A stretch of DNA of 64,000 bases from an uncultured Gammaproteobacteria bacterium. GTDB taxonomy: Bacteria; Patescibacteriota; Patescibacteriia; UBA9934. Below, piece by piece: positions 19,671-29,245 of the stretch. Position numbers and translations under genes: made by a program. Each line of letters begins with the position of its first letter. Positions within the stretch are counted from its first letter, which is position 1. The notes beneath the pieces were generated by a model that saw only the letters and a program-made list of their open reading frames with translations, was not told the DNA's origin and did no database searches. Where the stretch lies: positions 135,687 to 199,686 of the forward strand of contig CAZREA010000001.1 of NCBI GenBank assembly GCA_964599455.1, in the 5' to 3' direction.

Positions 19671-20750
19671 ATGCACATCGCAAAAAGAACTGCAAGAATA
19701 GCTTCTATGACCCATGAAAACGGCAACCGCATCACCGCAAATGCAAAAAACGCCGATGATGCCCAGGAGCTTATTGCAAAAGCACTCCGTTTTGTACAAA
19801 ACGTGCACGGCTTTCGTCCAGTAAACGATTCAACTCTTTTCAAAGGAGTCTATTACGACTCAAAAAAGGTCGGCAGTTATATTACTCAGGTCGTGGATAC
19901 CGATGGTAAGACTGCCGTTTTAAAATTGCAGCTGCGACCATTACCCTTCGACGAAGGCTCAATCATTCGTCATGTTGAAAAAAATCTCAAATCCAAAAAG
20001 ATTCGTCCTGTCCGAATTCTTTTCGACCAACCATGGAATGAAGAAACGGGCTTTGGATATCTTCTTTTCGAAGACATTACTCATCTTCCCAATCTGTGGA
20101 AACAGACACCCACCACAAACGAAGAGCGATTGCTTCATAAAAAATTCCTTGATGCGTTTTTTACCTTTGTTCTCCCTATCAAGCATCCATGGGTTCCTTC
20201 TCCAAAATCTCCCATGAAAGAAATGGCTCTTGCTGCGTTTGAACATTTCAAGCAGATTGCTGATAACAGTTCGCATACACATATTTCGAAAGATGAACTC
20301 AAGCCCATGATTCCAAAGTATCAGGAGTTGATGATGGCGTGTGATCTGCCGATGGATATGCATTTTACGCATGGTCATCTTTCGGGATTTGATGTCAAAT
20401 ACGATGCGGCAAATGACTGCTTCATTTTTATGGCCAATCTGTATTGGTCATGGAGGCCGGAATACTACGAGCTTGCCTTCCCTCTTTGGGTAGACTTGAT
20501 GCACATACGAGACAAACATCTGACGCTGGAAATGTTTGTATCTCGCGTGCATGCATGGGTAGGAATGTATGGCGAAGAAGTTTTAGGCAAAAGCTTTTGG
20601 TATATTCTTCTCCAACAAGCCATAACCACCATCATGCTCGACCTTGGGGCAAGTGAATGGGCAGAAAATGAATTCGAAGAAAAACAGGCACTGCTTAAAG
20701 TGTGGAAGGAATTCTTTCATTGGTTGATTGAACATAAATTGACTGCGTAG
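19671..20750 (+). CDS. phosphotransferase (APH/kinase-like fold) family protein
   Basis: HGHLSGFDV catalytic-loop analogue of APH HGDxxxxN. ATG lies 4 nt after the LRR stop. Confidence 0.55.
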   Translation: MHIAKRTARIASMTHENGNRITANAKNADDAQELIAKALRFVQNVHGFRPVNDSTLFKGVYYDSKKVGSYITQVVDTDGKTAVLKLQLRPLPFDEGSIIRHVEKNLKSKKIRPVRILFDQPWNEETGFGYLLFEDITHLPNLWKQTPTTNEERLLHKKFLDAFFTFVLPIKHPWVPSPKSPMKEMALAAFEHFKQIADNSSHTHISKDELKPMIPKYQELMMACDLPMDMHFTHGHLSGFDVKYDAANDCFIFMANLYWSWRPEYYELAFPLWVDLMHIRDKHLTLEMFVSRVHAWVGMYGEEVLGKSFWYILLQQAITTIMLDLGASEWAENEFEEKQALLKVWKEFFHWLIEHKLTA

Positions 20751-21083
20751 ATCAAACTCTATTCATAACCACGAAAATCTCTCGCATCTCGCGAGAGATT
20801 TTTGTATTCCCTATTACTCTCCCAAATTTTGATCGCGCTATACAGAACAAGCACCGGGGTATATGTTTCTTTTTAGGAAGAATCCCATCCGTAATCGAAC
20901 ATTGTCCTATGCATATTCTTTTGTTGCACAAATTCCTGCTGTTGGGAGCACTCGCGGTTGTTATCGCGGGACTGTTCTTTTTTGTCCCGCCGTTCCTCTC
21001 ATTTCCACTTCGCCCATCTTTCGGAACTTGTCTGAGAAGACTACGTAGTAAAGATAATCGGCAAGAATCTTGGTTACGAAGTC

Positions 21084-21419
21084 GTGGATTATAAAATAGA
21101 AGCTATGCCCAAACACCGAATCTCCAAAGGCACCGTGCATACCGTTCCCTCAGATCTGGGAAATGCGCTTGTTTCCAACAAAGCAGCACTTACAGCCTGG
21201 GAAAGCCTGACGCCACTCGCTCGTAACGAATGGATCTGTTGGGTGATGTTTGTGAAAAAAGAGGAAACGAGAAAAGAACATATCGAACGGCTCATCGAGC
21301 AGCTGAAAGAAGGTAAACGCCGTCCCTGCTGCTGGATTGGCTGTATTCATCGTACGGACAAGGTGATCAGTCCTTCGGTACAGGGAGTACTTAAAAAGCG
21401 AGCGAAAAAAGACAAATAA
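21084..21419 (+). CDS. YdeI/OmpD-associated family protein
   Basis: LTPLARNEWICWVMFVKKEETRKEHIERLIEQLKEGKRRP matches the YdeI C-terminal consensus. Confidence 0.65.
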   Translation: MDYKIEAMPKHRISKGTVHTVPSDLGNALVSNKAALTAWESLTPLARNEWICWVMFVKKEETRKEHIERLIEQLKEGKRRPCCWIGCIHRTDKVISPSVQGVLKKRAKKDK

Positions 21420-21432
21420 TTTTCTGAACAGT

Positions 21433-21834
21433 ATGAAATTAGATCAAAAACTTGTTGACGCTTGCATCGCTTTTATAGATTGCCGCTTCCCCAAGCAAGA
21501 TGGTGAAGCAGCGGCGATGTATACCGAGGACGGAGAAATTCTTCTCAGCACCTCTCCCGCAACACTCAACGAAAGTGCAACATTGTGTCACGAAGTCGGC
21601 GCACTCTGTGAAGCGTACACAAAGAACAAGCGCATTACCGCTACGGTTTGTGTTTCACGTTCTGTTGATGGCAACATAAAAATCTTTTCTCCCTGCGGAA
21701 TCTGCCAGGAGCGTTTGATGATTTATGGGAAAGATGTTGAATGTGCGGTTCCGAAAGATGGTGATTCATCATCGTGGGAAATGCGTACACTCGGTCAGCT
21801 GCAGCCATATTATTGGCGTAAGGCTTTAGAGTAA
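21433..21834 (+). CDS. cytidine/deoxycytidylate deaminase-fold protein (blasticidin-S deaminase-like size)
   Basis: Zinc motifs CHEVG (C/HxE) and SPCGICQERL (PCxxC). 133 aa. Confidence 0.6.
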   Translation: MKLDQKLVDACIAFIDCRFPKQDGEAAAMYTEDGEILLSTSPATLNESATLCHEVGALCEAYTKNKRITATVCVSRSVDGNIKIFSPCGICQERLMIYGKDVECAVPKDGDSSSWEMRTLGQLQPYYWRKALE

Positions 21835-21891
21835 AAAGTGCGAAGAAAACCTCTACCCTTCCCTCATTGCAAGATATATTCCTCTCGCCAT

Positions 21892-22470
21892 ATGCACATC
21901 GAATACGAAGCAACGTTTACGTCAGTAGAAAAAGATGATATTCGCAACAAGCTCAAGGCAGCTGGTGCGACGCTTGTGAAACCCGAATTTCTGCAAAAGC
22001 GGGTGGTGTTTTATCTTCCCAAGGGTAATGAAATTGCCGGTGGTTGGGCACGTGTACGCGATGAGGGCGACAAGATCACCATGAGTGTCAAAATTGTTGA
22101 CGGCGAAAAAATTACTGATCAAAAAGAGGCTCAATTGACCATTGATAATTTCGACAATGCCGTGTCGTTGCTATCGCTCCTTGGTTGCAGATCAAAGGCG
22201 TATCAGGAAACATATCGTGAACTTTGGACGCTCGACAATATCGAAATCACCCTTGATGAGTGGCCGTTCCTTGAACCGTTTGTGGAAATTGAAGGCCGCT
22301 CTGAAGAAGAAGTGAAAAGTGTCGCCGAACGTTTAAGTTTTGATTGGAGCAAGGCAAAATTCTGCCACGTAGGAACACTCTACGCTGAAAAATACCACAT
22401 GCACGAAGATGTCCTCAATAACCAAACGCCGCGGTTGACGTTCGAGATGGAAAATCCGTTTCAAAAATAA
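21892..22470 (+). CDS. CYTH-domain protein (triphosphate tunnel metalloenzyme / class IV adenylyl cyclase-like)
   Basis: Start MHIEYEATF, the EYE.K.. beta-strand 1 typical of CYTH. ~190 aa. Confidence 0.6.
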   Translation: MHIEYEATFTSVEKDDIRNKLKAAGATLVKPEFLQKRVVFYLPKGNEIAGGWARVRDEGDKITMSVKIVDGEKITDQKEAQLTIDNFDNAVSLLSLLGCRSKAYQETYRELWTLDNIEITLDEWPFLEPFVEIEGRSEEEVKSVAERLSFDWSKAKFCHVGTLYAEKYHMHEDVLNNQTPRLTFEMENPFQK

Positions 22471-22474
22471 TTTT

Positions 22475-22900
22475 ATGCGTCTATGGAGTTTGCATCCAAA
22501 ATATTTAGACACCAAAGGACTTGTGGCGTTGTGGCGGGAAGGATTGCTGGCCAAACATGTTCTTGAGGGTAAAACCAAAGGTTATCGTTATCATCCGCAA
22601 TTGAAACGCTTTCAGGCGGCTGCGCAACCGCTTGTTGCCATCAATGCTTATCTTAAATATGTATACGATGAGGCGTGCAACAGAGGTCACTGCTTTACTG
22701 CAACAAAAATCGATCTCACTGCACATACTGAACGTTTACCCGTCACTTACGGACAACTGCAATATGAGCTTGAACATTTACGTGAAAAACTGCAACGACG
22801 AGATCCCCATCGTCTCGCCACACTTCCTACCTCTCCCGAACCTCATCCCCTTTTTGCCGTTATCGCCGGCGATGTCGAAGAATGGGAGAAGATCGTGTAA
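22475..22900 (+). CDS. pyrimidine dimer DNA glycosylase / endonuclease V-like (Pyr_excise family)
   Basis: N-terminal MRLWSLHPKYLDTKGLVALWREGLLA is characteristic of this family. Confidence 0.6.
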   Translation: MRLWSLHPKYLDTKGLVALWREGLLAKHVLEGKTKGYRYHPQLKRFQAAAQPLVAINAYLKYVYDEACNRGHCFTATKIDLTAHTERLPVTYGQLQYELEHLREKLQRRDPHRLATLPTSPEPHPLFAVIAGDVEEWEKIV

Positions 22901-22933
22901 ACTTCATACAAAAGATTATTATCAAAATCACCT

Positions 22934-23350
22934 ATGGATCTTAATTACCTCGCCATCATCGTAGCCTCACTGTTGCAATTTGTGTTTGGTGCAATTTGGT
23001 ACACACCCGTGTTTGGCAAGATGTGGGGAAAAATTCACGGATTTGAAAAATATTCACAAGCCGAACAGCAAAAAATGATGAAGAGCATGGGACCGATTCT
23101 CGGAATACAATTTCTCACCACCATCGTCACGACGTTTGTGTTTGCATTGTTACTACAGGGCTTCCCTACCACTTGGAACGTATACGGACTTGCAGGCTTC
23201 TTCTGGCTAGGATTTATTGTGCCCACACAAATAAGCGCCGTCCTTTTTGGAGGAACAGAGCCGCAATGGATTGTGAAAAAAATCCTGATCATGGCTGGCG
23301 CAGCACTGGGATGCATGATGATCGCCGCAGCTGTACTGCAGGCGATGTAG
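22934..23350 (+). CDS. DUF1761 family membrane protein
   Basis: MDLNYLAIIVASLLQFVFGAIWYTPVFGK N-terminus typical of DUF1761. Four TM helices. Confidence 0.6.
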   Translation: MDLNYLAIIVASLLQFVFGAIWYTPVFGKMWGKIHGFEKYSQAEQQKMMKSMGPILGIQFLTTIVTTFVFALLLQGFPTTWNVYGLAGFFWLGFIVPTQISAVLFGGTEPQWIVKKILIMAGAALGCMMIAAAVLQAM

Positions 23351-23357
23351 TCGCTGT

Positions 23358-23810
23358 ATGAACATGTTCAAAAAAACCAAAGCTACGACCGTAATAGGTT
23401 ATCTCAAGGACGTTCCAAAGGAGCGACAAGAGCTTATCCATTTCCTGCACGGTTTTATCCAAAAAGCTGCGCCATCGTTGAAAGCTCATTTTGCCTACAA
23501 CATGCTCGGCTATGGTTCTTTTCCTTGGCGCAACTATAAACATGAACCCATCACCTGGCCAGTCGTAGCCATGGCCAATCAAAAAAATTACGTGAGCATC
23601 TATGTATGCTGCGTCGTCGACGGCAAATATCTTGCCGAGACATATAAAGAACAATTGGGAGATAAGGTCAGCGTCGGCAAAAGCTGTATCCGTTTTAAAA
23701 AGCTGGAAGATGTACATCTGCCGACATTAAAGAAGGTAATTCAAACCGCAGCTAAGCATCCTGGCCTCGATGGTATCGGTAAGAGCACCGCGATCAAGAA
23801 AAAATCGTGA
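23358..23810 (+). CDS. DUF1801 (YdhG-like) domain protein
   Basis: Typical length and motifs (VIGYLKDVP...YNMLGYG...YVSIYV). Confidence 0.55.
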   Translation: MNMFKKTKATTVIGYLKDVPKERQELIHFLHGFIQKAAPSLKAHFAYNMLGYGSFPWRNYKHEPITWPVVAMANQKNYVSIYVCCVVDGKYLAETYKEQLGDKVSVGKSCIRFKKLEDVHLPTLKKVIQTAAKHPGLDGIGKSTAIKKKS

Positions 23811-23860
23811 AGCGAAAAGGTAGGCTGCAAAAAATGAGTGCTTGGTAAAAAAAATCCATA

Positions 23861-24280
23861 TTGATAACAATATTTATGCTAAAACGTCCTGAGAAAAGTA
23901 CAGCGGATTCCATAATTTCAAAAGACTCTGAAACCGATTCAACACAAGAACTTTTTAACAGCTTTATCAGTTCAGAAATCTATAAAAAGCTTAAAGAAGC
24001 CTATGGTGATTTTGTTTTTACCAATCCCGATGATATTCCCGAATTAGTTCGTAGTGCCCCGGCACCCATCGAGAACGATACAGTCCAAAAAATAAAGATG
24101 ATTATGGAAAATGGAAGAGGCTGCAGAGTACGCAGAAGCAGTGGCCAGGTTCAAGACGGACTTCTTGTCTCGTTTTCACCGACGGCAAGAAGTTTAGGAA
24201 TAGCTTTCCGTGACGTGAATGATGGGAGGATAAAATATAAAGAAGCTGTGCGTTTGAAAGAATTTCTCGAGGTGAATTAG
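23861..24280 (+). CDS. hypothetical protein
   Basis: 139 aa ORF, no motif recognised. Confidence 0.35.
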   Translation: MITIFMLKRPEKSTADSIISKDSETDSTQELFNSFISSEIYKKLKEAYGDFVFTNPDDIPELVRSAPAPIENDTVQKIKMIMENGRGCRVRRSSGQVQDGLLVSFSPTARSLGIAFRDVNDGRIKYKEAVRLKEFLEVN

Positions 24281-24297
24281 CTGCTACACTAGCATGT

Positions 24298-25242
24298 TTG
24301 GTAAAGTATCCTTGTATGTATATGAATCACAAAAAAATGCTGCTCGTTGCCTTGATTCTCATTATTGTCGCAAGTGTAATCGGATTTTTGACGCTGAGGA
24401 AGGGTTCGTCAGCATCTCCATCGCCTATTGTAGAACAGGAAACGGCAGAGAATTGGCACGTTGTTGATACCAATTTCTTTACTGTTTCATTGCCATCCGA
24501 ATGGAAATTCAACCCGATGCAAGGCATAGATTCGTATGTTGGCGAATTTGTCGGTGATGGCGTGACGCTTGGTTTTGATTACGGTTGGTATTCCAATCCT
24601 CTGGCAGACGAAGGTGATTCGCATTACACCGTTACCTACGAAACCATTGATGACCGTCATGCCAAAATTGTTGTTCCTGCTACGGTAGGAATAGGCGTCG
24701 TGGGTGTGTATTTTGCTGATATCGACGGCAATCAGATGAATCGTCTCCAAATATCAGGAGAATATCTAACAGGCGCCCAACAAGAAACGGCCTTAAAAAT
24801 ATTCCGTACGCTGCAATTTACCGACAAAGAAGATAAGCCGGTACCTTCGACATCTTTTGACTTCATCTTTAAATATGGCGTCGGGGCCAAAAACATTTTG
24901 GATACCTTCAATGATACCTATACCAAAGACATGATTACCGATGACCCGATTACTATTTCGTTGAAATTGACGGACGAAGAATTGGATGGCATTCGTCAAA
25001 AAATTGAAGAGCTGAATCTCTTTCAGGCAAAAGAGGAAAGTCAAATAAAAATGCTCATGAATCCCTGTACGGATTACGATCTCATCGTGCAAACCTTTGC
25101 CGTGCAACGTCGCGCTTCATCGGACGGATGCACACAGGGAATCGATCAGCAGTTTGCAGCATTCGAAACCTATATCCGTTCAATTTTGGAAACAAAGACA
25201 GAGTATCGAGCGCTTCCCGAACCTCAGGGAGGTTATATGTAA
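24298..25242 (+). CDS. hypothetical membrane-anchored secreted protein
   Basis: N-terminal TM (MLLVALILIIVASVIGFL), then ~290 aa soluble domain. Confidence 0.4.
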   Translation: MVKYPCMYMNHKKMLLVALILIIVASVIGFLTLRKGSSASPSPIVEQETAENWHVVDTNFFTVSLPSEWKFNPMQGIDSYVGEFVGDGVTLGFDYGWYSNPLADEGDSHYTVTYETIDDRHAKIVVPATVGIGVVGVYFADIDGNQMNRLQISGEYLTGAQQETALKIFRTLQFTDKEDKPVPSTSFDFIFKYGVGAKNILDTFNDTYTKDMITDDPITISLKLTDEELDGIRQKIEELNLFQAKEESQIKMLMNPCTDYDLIVQTFAVQRRASSDGCTQGIDQQFAAFETYIRSILETKTEYRALPEPQGGYM

Positions 25243-25248
25243 AGAGTA

Positions 25249-25917
25249 TTACTTCATGCTCGCCGCCATCTGCGCCACCAGTGTATCAGTATCAAATATT
25301 TCTTGTTCGGCTTTGCAGGTTGCTTGATTTGGTTCGTCGTAATTCAGACATTGCGGTTCACGAATAGAAAAAGAGAATGTTACCGTCTGCTCATTACGCG
25401 CAAAGGCATAGGTATGGGTTGTATACGTACTGCCCGCTGCTCCCTCACCCAACGTCGTTACACAATAAGTCGTTCCCTCGATAGTTCGTTCTTCAGTTGT
25501 ACCCACAGGTAATCCAGGAGGCAAGATACCGCTCAAAGGACAAGAATAAACCCCATCGCTCACAGCAACTTGCGGTGGCCAATCCATAAAATGCACATAT
25601 GTAAATCCCGTTTCTTTGGGATAAGAAAAGGAAATTCCTGATTGCGTTTGTGTCGCAAATTCTGCATCAGAAAGTTCGGGACACGGTGCAAATGCACACG
25701 ATGGACCCGAACGTCCCACATACGATCCATCGGGGCATAATTTCGCTTCTTGCGTACAAGCGACCGGATCGCTATCACTTATCACCGGCGCATGTGCACG
25801 GACGCTCCAAAGAATGATGCCGGCAGCTACTACAAGTACAAGGATAAGAATGATGGCAACAATAGGAGAAGTTGTACGTTGGGAAGTATTTTGCATATGT
25901 TTTGAGTATAGCATCAC
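25249..25917 (-). CDS. hypothetical membrane-anchored Cys-rich secreted protein
   Basis: N-terminal TM, ten Cys in the ectodomain. Confidence 0.4.
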   Translation of the reverse strand: MMLYSKHMQNTSQRTTSPIVAIILILVLVVAAGIILWSVRAHAPVISDSDPVACTQEAKLCPDGSYVGRSGPSCAFAPCPELSDAEFATQTQSGISFSYPKETGFTYVHFMDWPPQVAVSDGVYSCPLSGILPPGLPVGTTEERTIEGTTYCVTTLGEGAAGSTYTTHTYAFARNEQTVTFSFSIREPQCLNYDEPNQATCKAEQEIFDTDTLVAQMAASMK

Positions 25918-26020
25918 CGCAATGCCAAGGTTTTGTTCTATCGAGAGAGATTCATGTACTCACCTCTGTGCTGGAGAAGATGTCTGATCTTTGCTAAGTT
26001 ACGGCGATAACTCTCCTTCT

Positions 26021-26660
26021 ATGTATCGCGTTGTCTTTTTTGGTGAACCGGGAAGTGGCAAAACAACGTTGTCACAAAAAGTTGCCGTCGCTTTAGGAGT
26101 ATTGGTCGTGGAGGCGTCCAGAGAAGTCATTTTTCCAGCCGCGATGTACTCTTCCCTGCCAGATACCACAGCAGAGTTTATTACTATCATGATGCATCAT
26201 AACGAAGCGGCTCCAACGTTCACGCGTGAGAAAGCGCGAGAGATGTTTTCACGATTATGTAAAACGTATGCGAGCGATATCGTGGCAGGCATTCCTGGAC
26301 ATCGAGCGCACGCGTGGTCTCGACGGAGCCATGACGCACAGCAAGCTCTGGAGCAAAGGTTCCAAGCGCTATGCATGCAGTCTTACCTCGTGTTGCGTCG
26401 ATCCGCTCGCACTCTTCATCATGATGCCAGCAAATGAGGAGTTCGCACCGCGCATCTACACGCGTGCACTTACTTCCCTATCGCGAGATCCACGCTTCGA
26501 CACCCTTCGGCGCTTCCTCGAAGTGCATGTCCGTCTTGATGGGGATGACCACGCCCCGACATTCCTCGCTTGGCTGGAGCTCTATCTGCAGAACTCCTGT
26601 CCAAGTACGGCTCAGGTCAGCGCGTCGACTCGCAAGGCGATTTCCGTTTTCGACCGCTGA
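26021..26660 (+). pseudogene. degraded region: P-loop NTPase N-terminus (VVFFGEPGSGKTTL) running into non-protein-like sequence, followed out of frame by a fragment resembling a helical redox-enzyme domain (RFLEVHVRLDGDDHAPTFLAWLELYL)
   Basis: Three overlapping frames each carry a partial ORF. Composition (~53% GC) differs from the flanks. No single frame gives a full-length protein. Confidence 0.3.
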
Positions 26661-26740
26661 TTGCTGTCTCACCACACTCGTCTCAAAAGCCTTCGTAAGA
26701 GGGCTTTTGTTCTTTTTGACTTTATTCATCCCCAGATCTC

Positions 26741-26775
26741 TTGACAGAAATTATATAGTGTATAATATACACATA
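26741..26775 (+). promoter_or_regulatory. nrtR promoter (-35 TTGACA at 26741, -10 TATAAT at 26761) overlapped by a 15-bp perfect palindrome GTGTATAaTATACAC (26758-26772). Candidate NrtR operator.
   Basis: Perfect consensus hexamers. 7-1-7 palindrome extendable to a 21-bp imperfect palindrome. Ends 10 nt before the nrtR ATG. Confidence 0.5.
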
Positions 26776-26781
26776 TCACAT

Positions 26782-27477
26782 ATGTCCAAACGCATGCAAA
26801 CATCTACAGACCACTTACACTTTGCCGTTCTGGCGGCAGATGTGGCGTTGTTTACGGTAAAAGATGATCATCTGCTTGTGCGCATGGTTAACGTTCATCG
26901 CCCGCCATTTTTCACGAATGTCGCCGGACTTCCTGGAGGATTGCTGCAACCAACCGAAACTGCCGAAGAAGCCATTGAGCGTCACATTCGTGAAAAGGCA
27001 AAAATCACCGCACCATCAGTGCACATTGAGCAACTCTACACCTTCAGTCAAATTGATCGTGACCCTCGAGGTCGTGTCGTGGCAGTCGCATATATTGGTC
27101 TTATTCCTTGGAACGCCCTTTCCGAAAAAGAGCAAAGCAACACACCAGACGTTTCGTGGCAACCCGTACATCGCATAAAAACCTTGGCATATGATCACCA
27201 AAACATCTTGCAAATGGCTGTGAAACGTCTGCAGTCACGCGTCACCTATACAACGCTTATCTCGAAGTTGATGCCACGCGAATTTACCCTCACCGAATTA
27301 CAAAACATGTATCAAACGGTACTCGGCACTTCCCTTGATAAACGAAATTTCCGTAAAAAGCTTCTCAAACTCAAGATTGTAAAGCCTCTGCGAAAAGAAC
27401 GAAGCGACGGCCCATGGCGACCAGCACAGCTTTTCACCTTTACAAGTAAACATATTCAAGAAATCGAAATGTTGTGA
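26782..27477 (+). CDS. nrtR: NrtR-type regulator (Nudix domain plus C-terminal winged-helix), predicted NAD-metabolism repressor
   Basis: Degenerate Nudix box (GGLLQPTETAEEAIERHIRE). C-terminal TLTELQNMYQTVLGTSLDKRNFRKKLL matches the NrtR wHTH consensus. Directly upstream of nadV. Confidence 0.7.
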   Translation: MSKRMQTSTDHLHFAVLAADVALFTVKDDHLLVRMVNVHRPPFFTNVAGLPGGLLQPTETAEEAIERHIREKAKITAPSVHIEQLYTFSQIDRDPRGRVVAVAYIGLIPWNALSEKEQSNTPDVSWQPVHRIKTLAYDHQNILQMAVKRLQSRVTYTTLISKLMPREFTLTELQNMYQTVLGTSLDKRNFRKKLLKLKIVKPLRKERSDGPWRPAQLFTFTSKHIQEIEML

Positions 27478-27483
27478 AAAAGA

Positions 27484-27507
27484 AAGAGCGGTATCTTCAC
27501 CGCTCTT
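27484..27507 (+). terminator. weak hairpin terminator after nrtR
   Basis: aagagcggt-atcttc-accgctctt hairpin followed by only TTT. Confidence 0.3.
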
Positions 27508-27520
27508 TACCAAAACTACT

Positions 27521-27539
27521 TAGTGTAATATATACATTA
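27521..27539 (+). promoter_or_regulatory. second copy of the TAGTGTA...TATACA motif upstream of nadV (candidate NrtR site)
   Basis: TAGTGTAATATATACATTA shares the TAGTGTA / TATACA half-sites with the nrtR operator. Confidence 0.3.
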
Positions 27540-27695
27540 TATAAATGTTTATTGAAAAGAGATGAGGGGTTCGAGCAGACGCGCCCTTCACCTCGGTCCA
27601 ATAAACCGAGGAGCTTCACAACTCCACAAGCAGCTATGCACCGAATGTTCGATGCGGCGCTTCTCAAAACATGCGTCTCACCAAGGAGTGACATC

Positions 27696-29087
27696 ATGCG
27701 TCTCTTCACCCTCGACAACATTCTGCTTCTGACCGACAGCTACAAGATCAGCCACTGGCGGCAGTATCCTCCGGGCACGGAAAAGGTCTTCGCCTTCTTC
27801 GAAAGCCGCGGCGGCGACTCGTCCACGATGACCTTCTTCGGCCTGCAGGCCATCATCCGGCAGTACCTCGAAGGCGTGGTCGTGACCGAGGAGAAAATCG
27901 AGACGGCCAAGCGCATCCTGCGGATGCACTTCGGCTCTGACACGATCTTCAACGAGGAGGGCTGGCGCTACATCCTGAACGTGCATGGCGGACGGCTGCC
28001 GGTACGTATCTGCGCCGTTCCCGAAGGAACAACGGTGCCCGTACACAACGTGCTGATGACCATCGAGAACACCGATCCGAACTGCCCCTGGATCGCCGAG
28101 TACCTCGAGACGCTGCTGTCGCACGTTTGGTACTCGAGCACGGTGTGCACGCGCTCGCGCAACATGCGCGCCACGATCCTGGCGGCGCTCGAACAGAGCG
28201 GTGACCCCTCGCTCATCGACTTTAAGCTCCACGACTTCGGCTGTCGCGGCGTGAGCAGTATGGAGACGGCAGCGATCGGCGGCGCGGCGCATCTCGTAAA
28301 CTTCAAGGGGACGGACACGTTGCCAGGGCTCACGCTCGCGGCCGCGGTCTACCACGAGGAGTGCGCGGGATACTCGATTCCGGCGGCCGAACACTCCACC
28401 ATCACCGCCTGGGGACGCGAGCATGAAGTCGACGCTTTCGCCAACATGCTCGACGTATACCCGTCCGGTCCCGTGGCGGTCCCGAGCGACAGCTACGATA
28501 TCTTCGCAGCCTGCGAGGAGCTGTGGGGCGAGCATTTGCGGCAGCAGGTGCTCGACCGTGACGGCGTGCTCGTTGTTCGGCCCGACAGCGGGCCGCCAGC
28601 CGAAACGGTCGTGCGTGTTCTCGACATTCTCGGCAAACCCTTCGGATACACCGTGAATGCCAAAGGCTACAAAGTGCTCGACCCGCATGTCCGCGCCATC
28701 CAGGGCGACGGCGTCGACGAGCTCTCGCTCGGCATGATACTGAACGCGATCATGGCGGCGGGCTGGTCGGCCGACAACGTGGCCTTTGGCTCGGGCGGCG
28801 GACTGCTGCAGAAGATGAACCGCGACACCCAGAAGTGCGCCATCAAGGCTTCGGCCGTGTGCATCGACGGTGTGTGGCATGACGTCTTCAAGGATCCTAT
28901 CACCGACAGCGGCAAGCGCTCGAAGCGTGGTCGACTGGCACTCGTCCGCGAAGGCGGCGCGTATCAGACGATTCGCGAAGAAGAGCTCGGTGATCGCCTC
29001 AACGTTCTCGAGGTCGTCTTCGAAAACGGCGTGCTGCTGCGCGACCAGACTTTTGCCGAGATCCGAACGCTGGCCGCCGTGGCCTGA
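27696..29087 (+). CDS. nadV: nicotinamide phosphoribosyltransferase (NAMPT/NadV)
   Basis: LLLTDSYKISHW signature. Strong SD AAGGAG 6 nt upstream of the ATG. High GC (~62%) versus ~40% in the flanks. Confidence 0.85.
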   Translation: MRLFTLDNILLLTDSYKISHWRQYPPGTEKVFAFFESRGGDSSTMTFFGLQAIIRQYLEGVVVTEEKIETAKRILRMHFGSDTIFNEEGWRYILNVHGGRLPVRICAVPEGTTVPVHNVLMTIENTDPNCPWIAEYLETLLSHVWYSSTVCTRSRNMRATILAALEQSGDPSLIDFKLHDFGCRGVSSMETAAIGGAAHLVNFKGTDTLPGLTLAAAVYHEECAGYSIPAAEHSTITAWGREHEVDAFANMLDVYPSGPVAVPSDSYDIFAACEELWGEHLRQQVLDRDGVLVVRPDSGPPAETVVRVLDILGKPFGYTVNAKGYKVLDPHVRAIQGDGVDELSLGMILNAIMAAGWSADNVAFGSGGGLLQKMNRDTQKCAIKASAVCIDGVWHDVFKDPITDSGKRSKRGRLALVREGGAYQTIREEELGDRLNVLEVVFENGVLLRDQTFAEIRTLAAVA

Positions 29088-29245
29088 GTGCGTTACATCC
29101 CCGTTCGTACGTGACGGCTGGAGAAGCTTTTCTTCTCGAGCCGTTTTCCCATTATCCATCATTACTCTTGCTCCCCATACGTTACGATCTCCCTTGTTAT
29201 GCTTAAAAGTTCCTCCAAGAATAGGGTATAATTTTCCTGTGTTCT

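Noticed and set aside
27678-29162. 494-aa minus-strand ORF antisense to nadV
   Set aside because: High-GC antisense artefact. The plus strand encodes an unmistakable NAMPT (LLLTDSYKISHW) with a strong SD.
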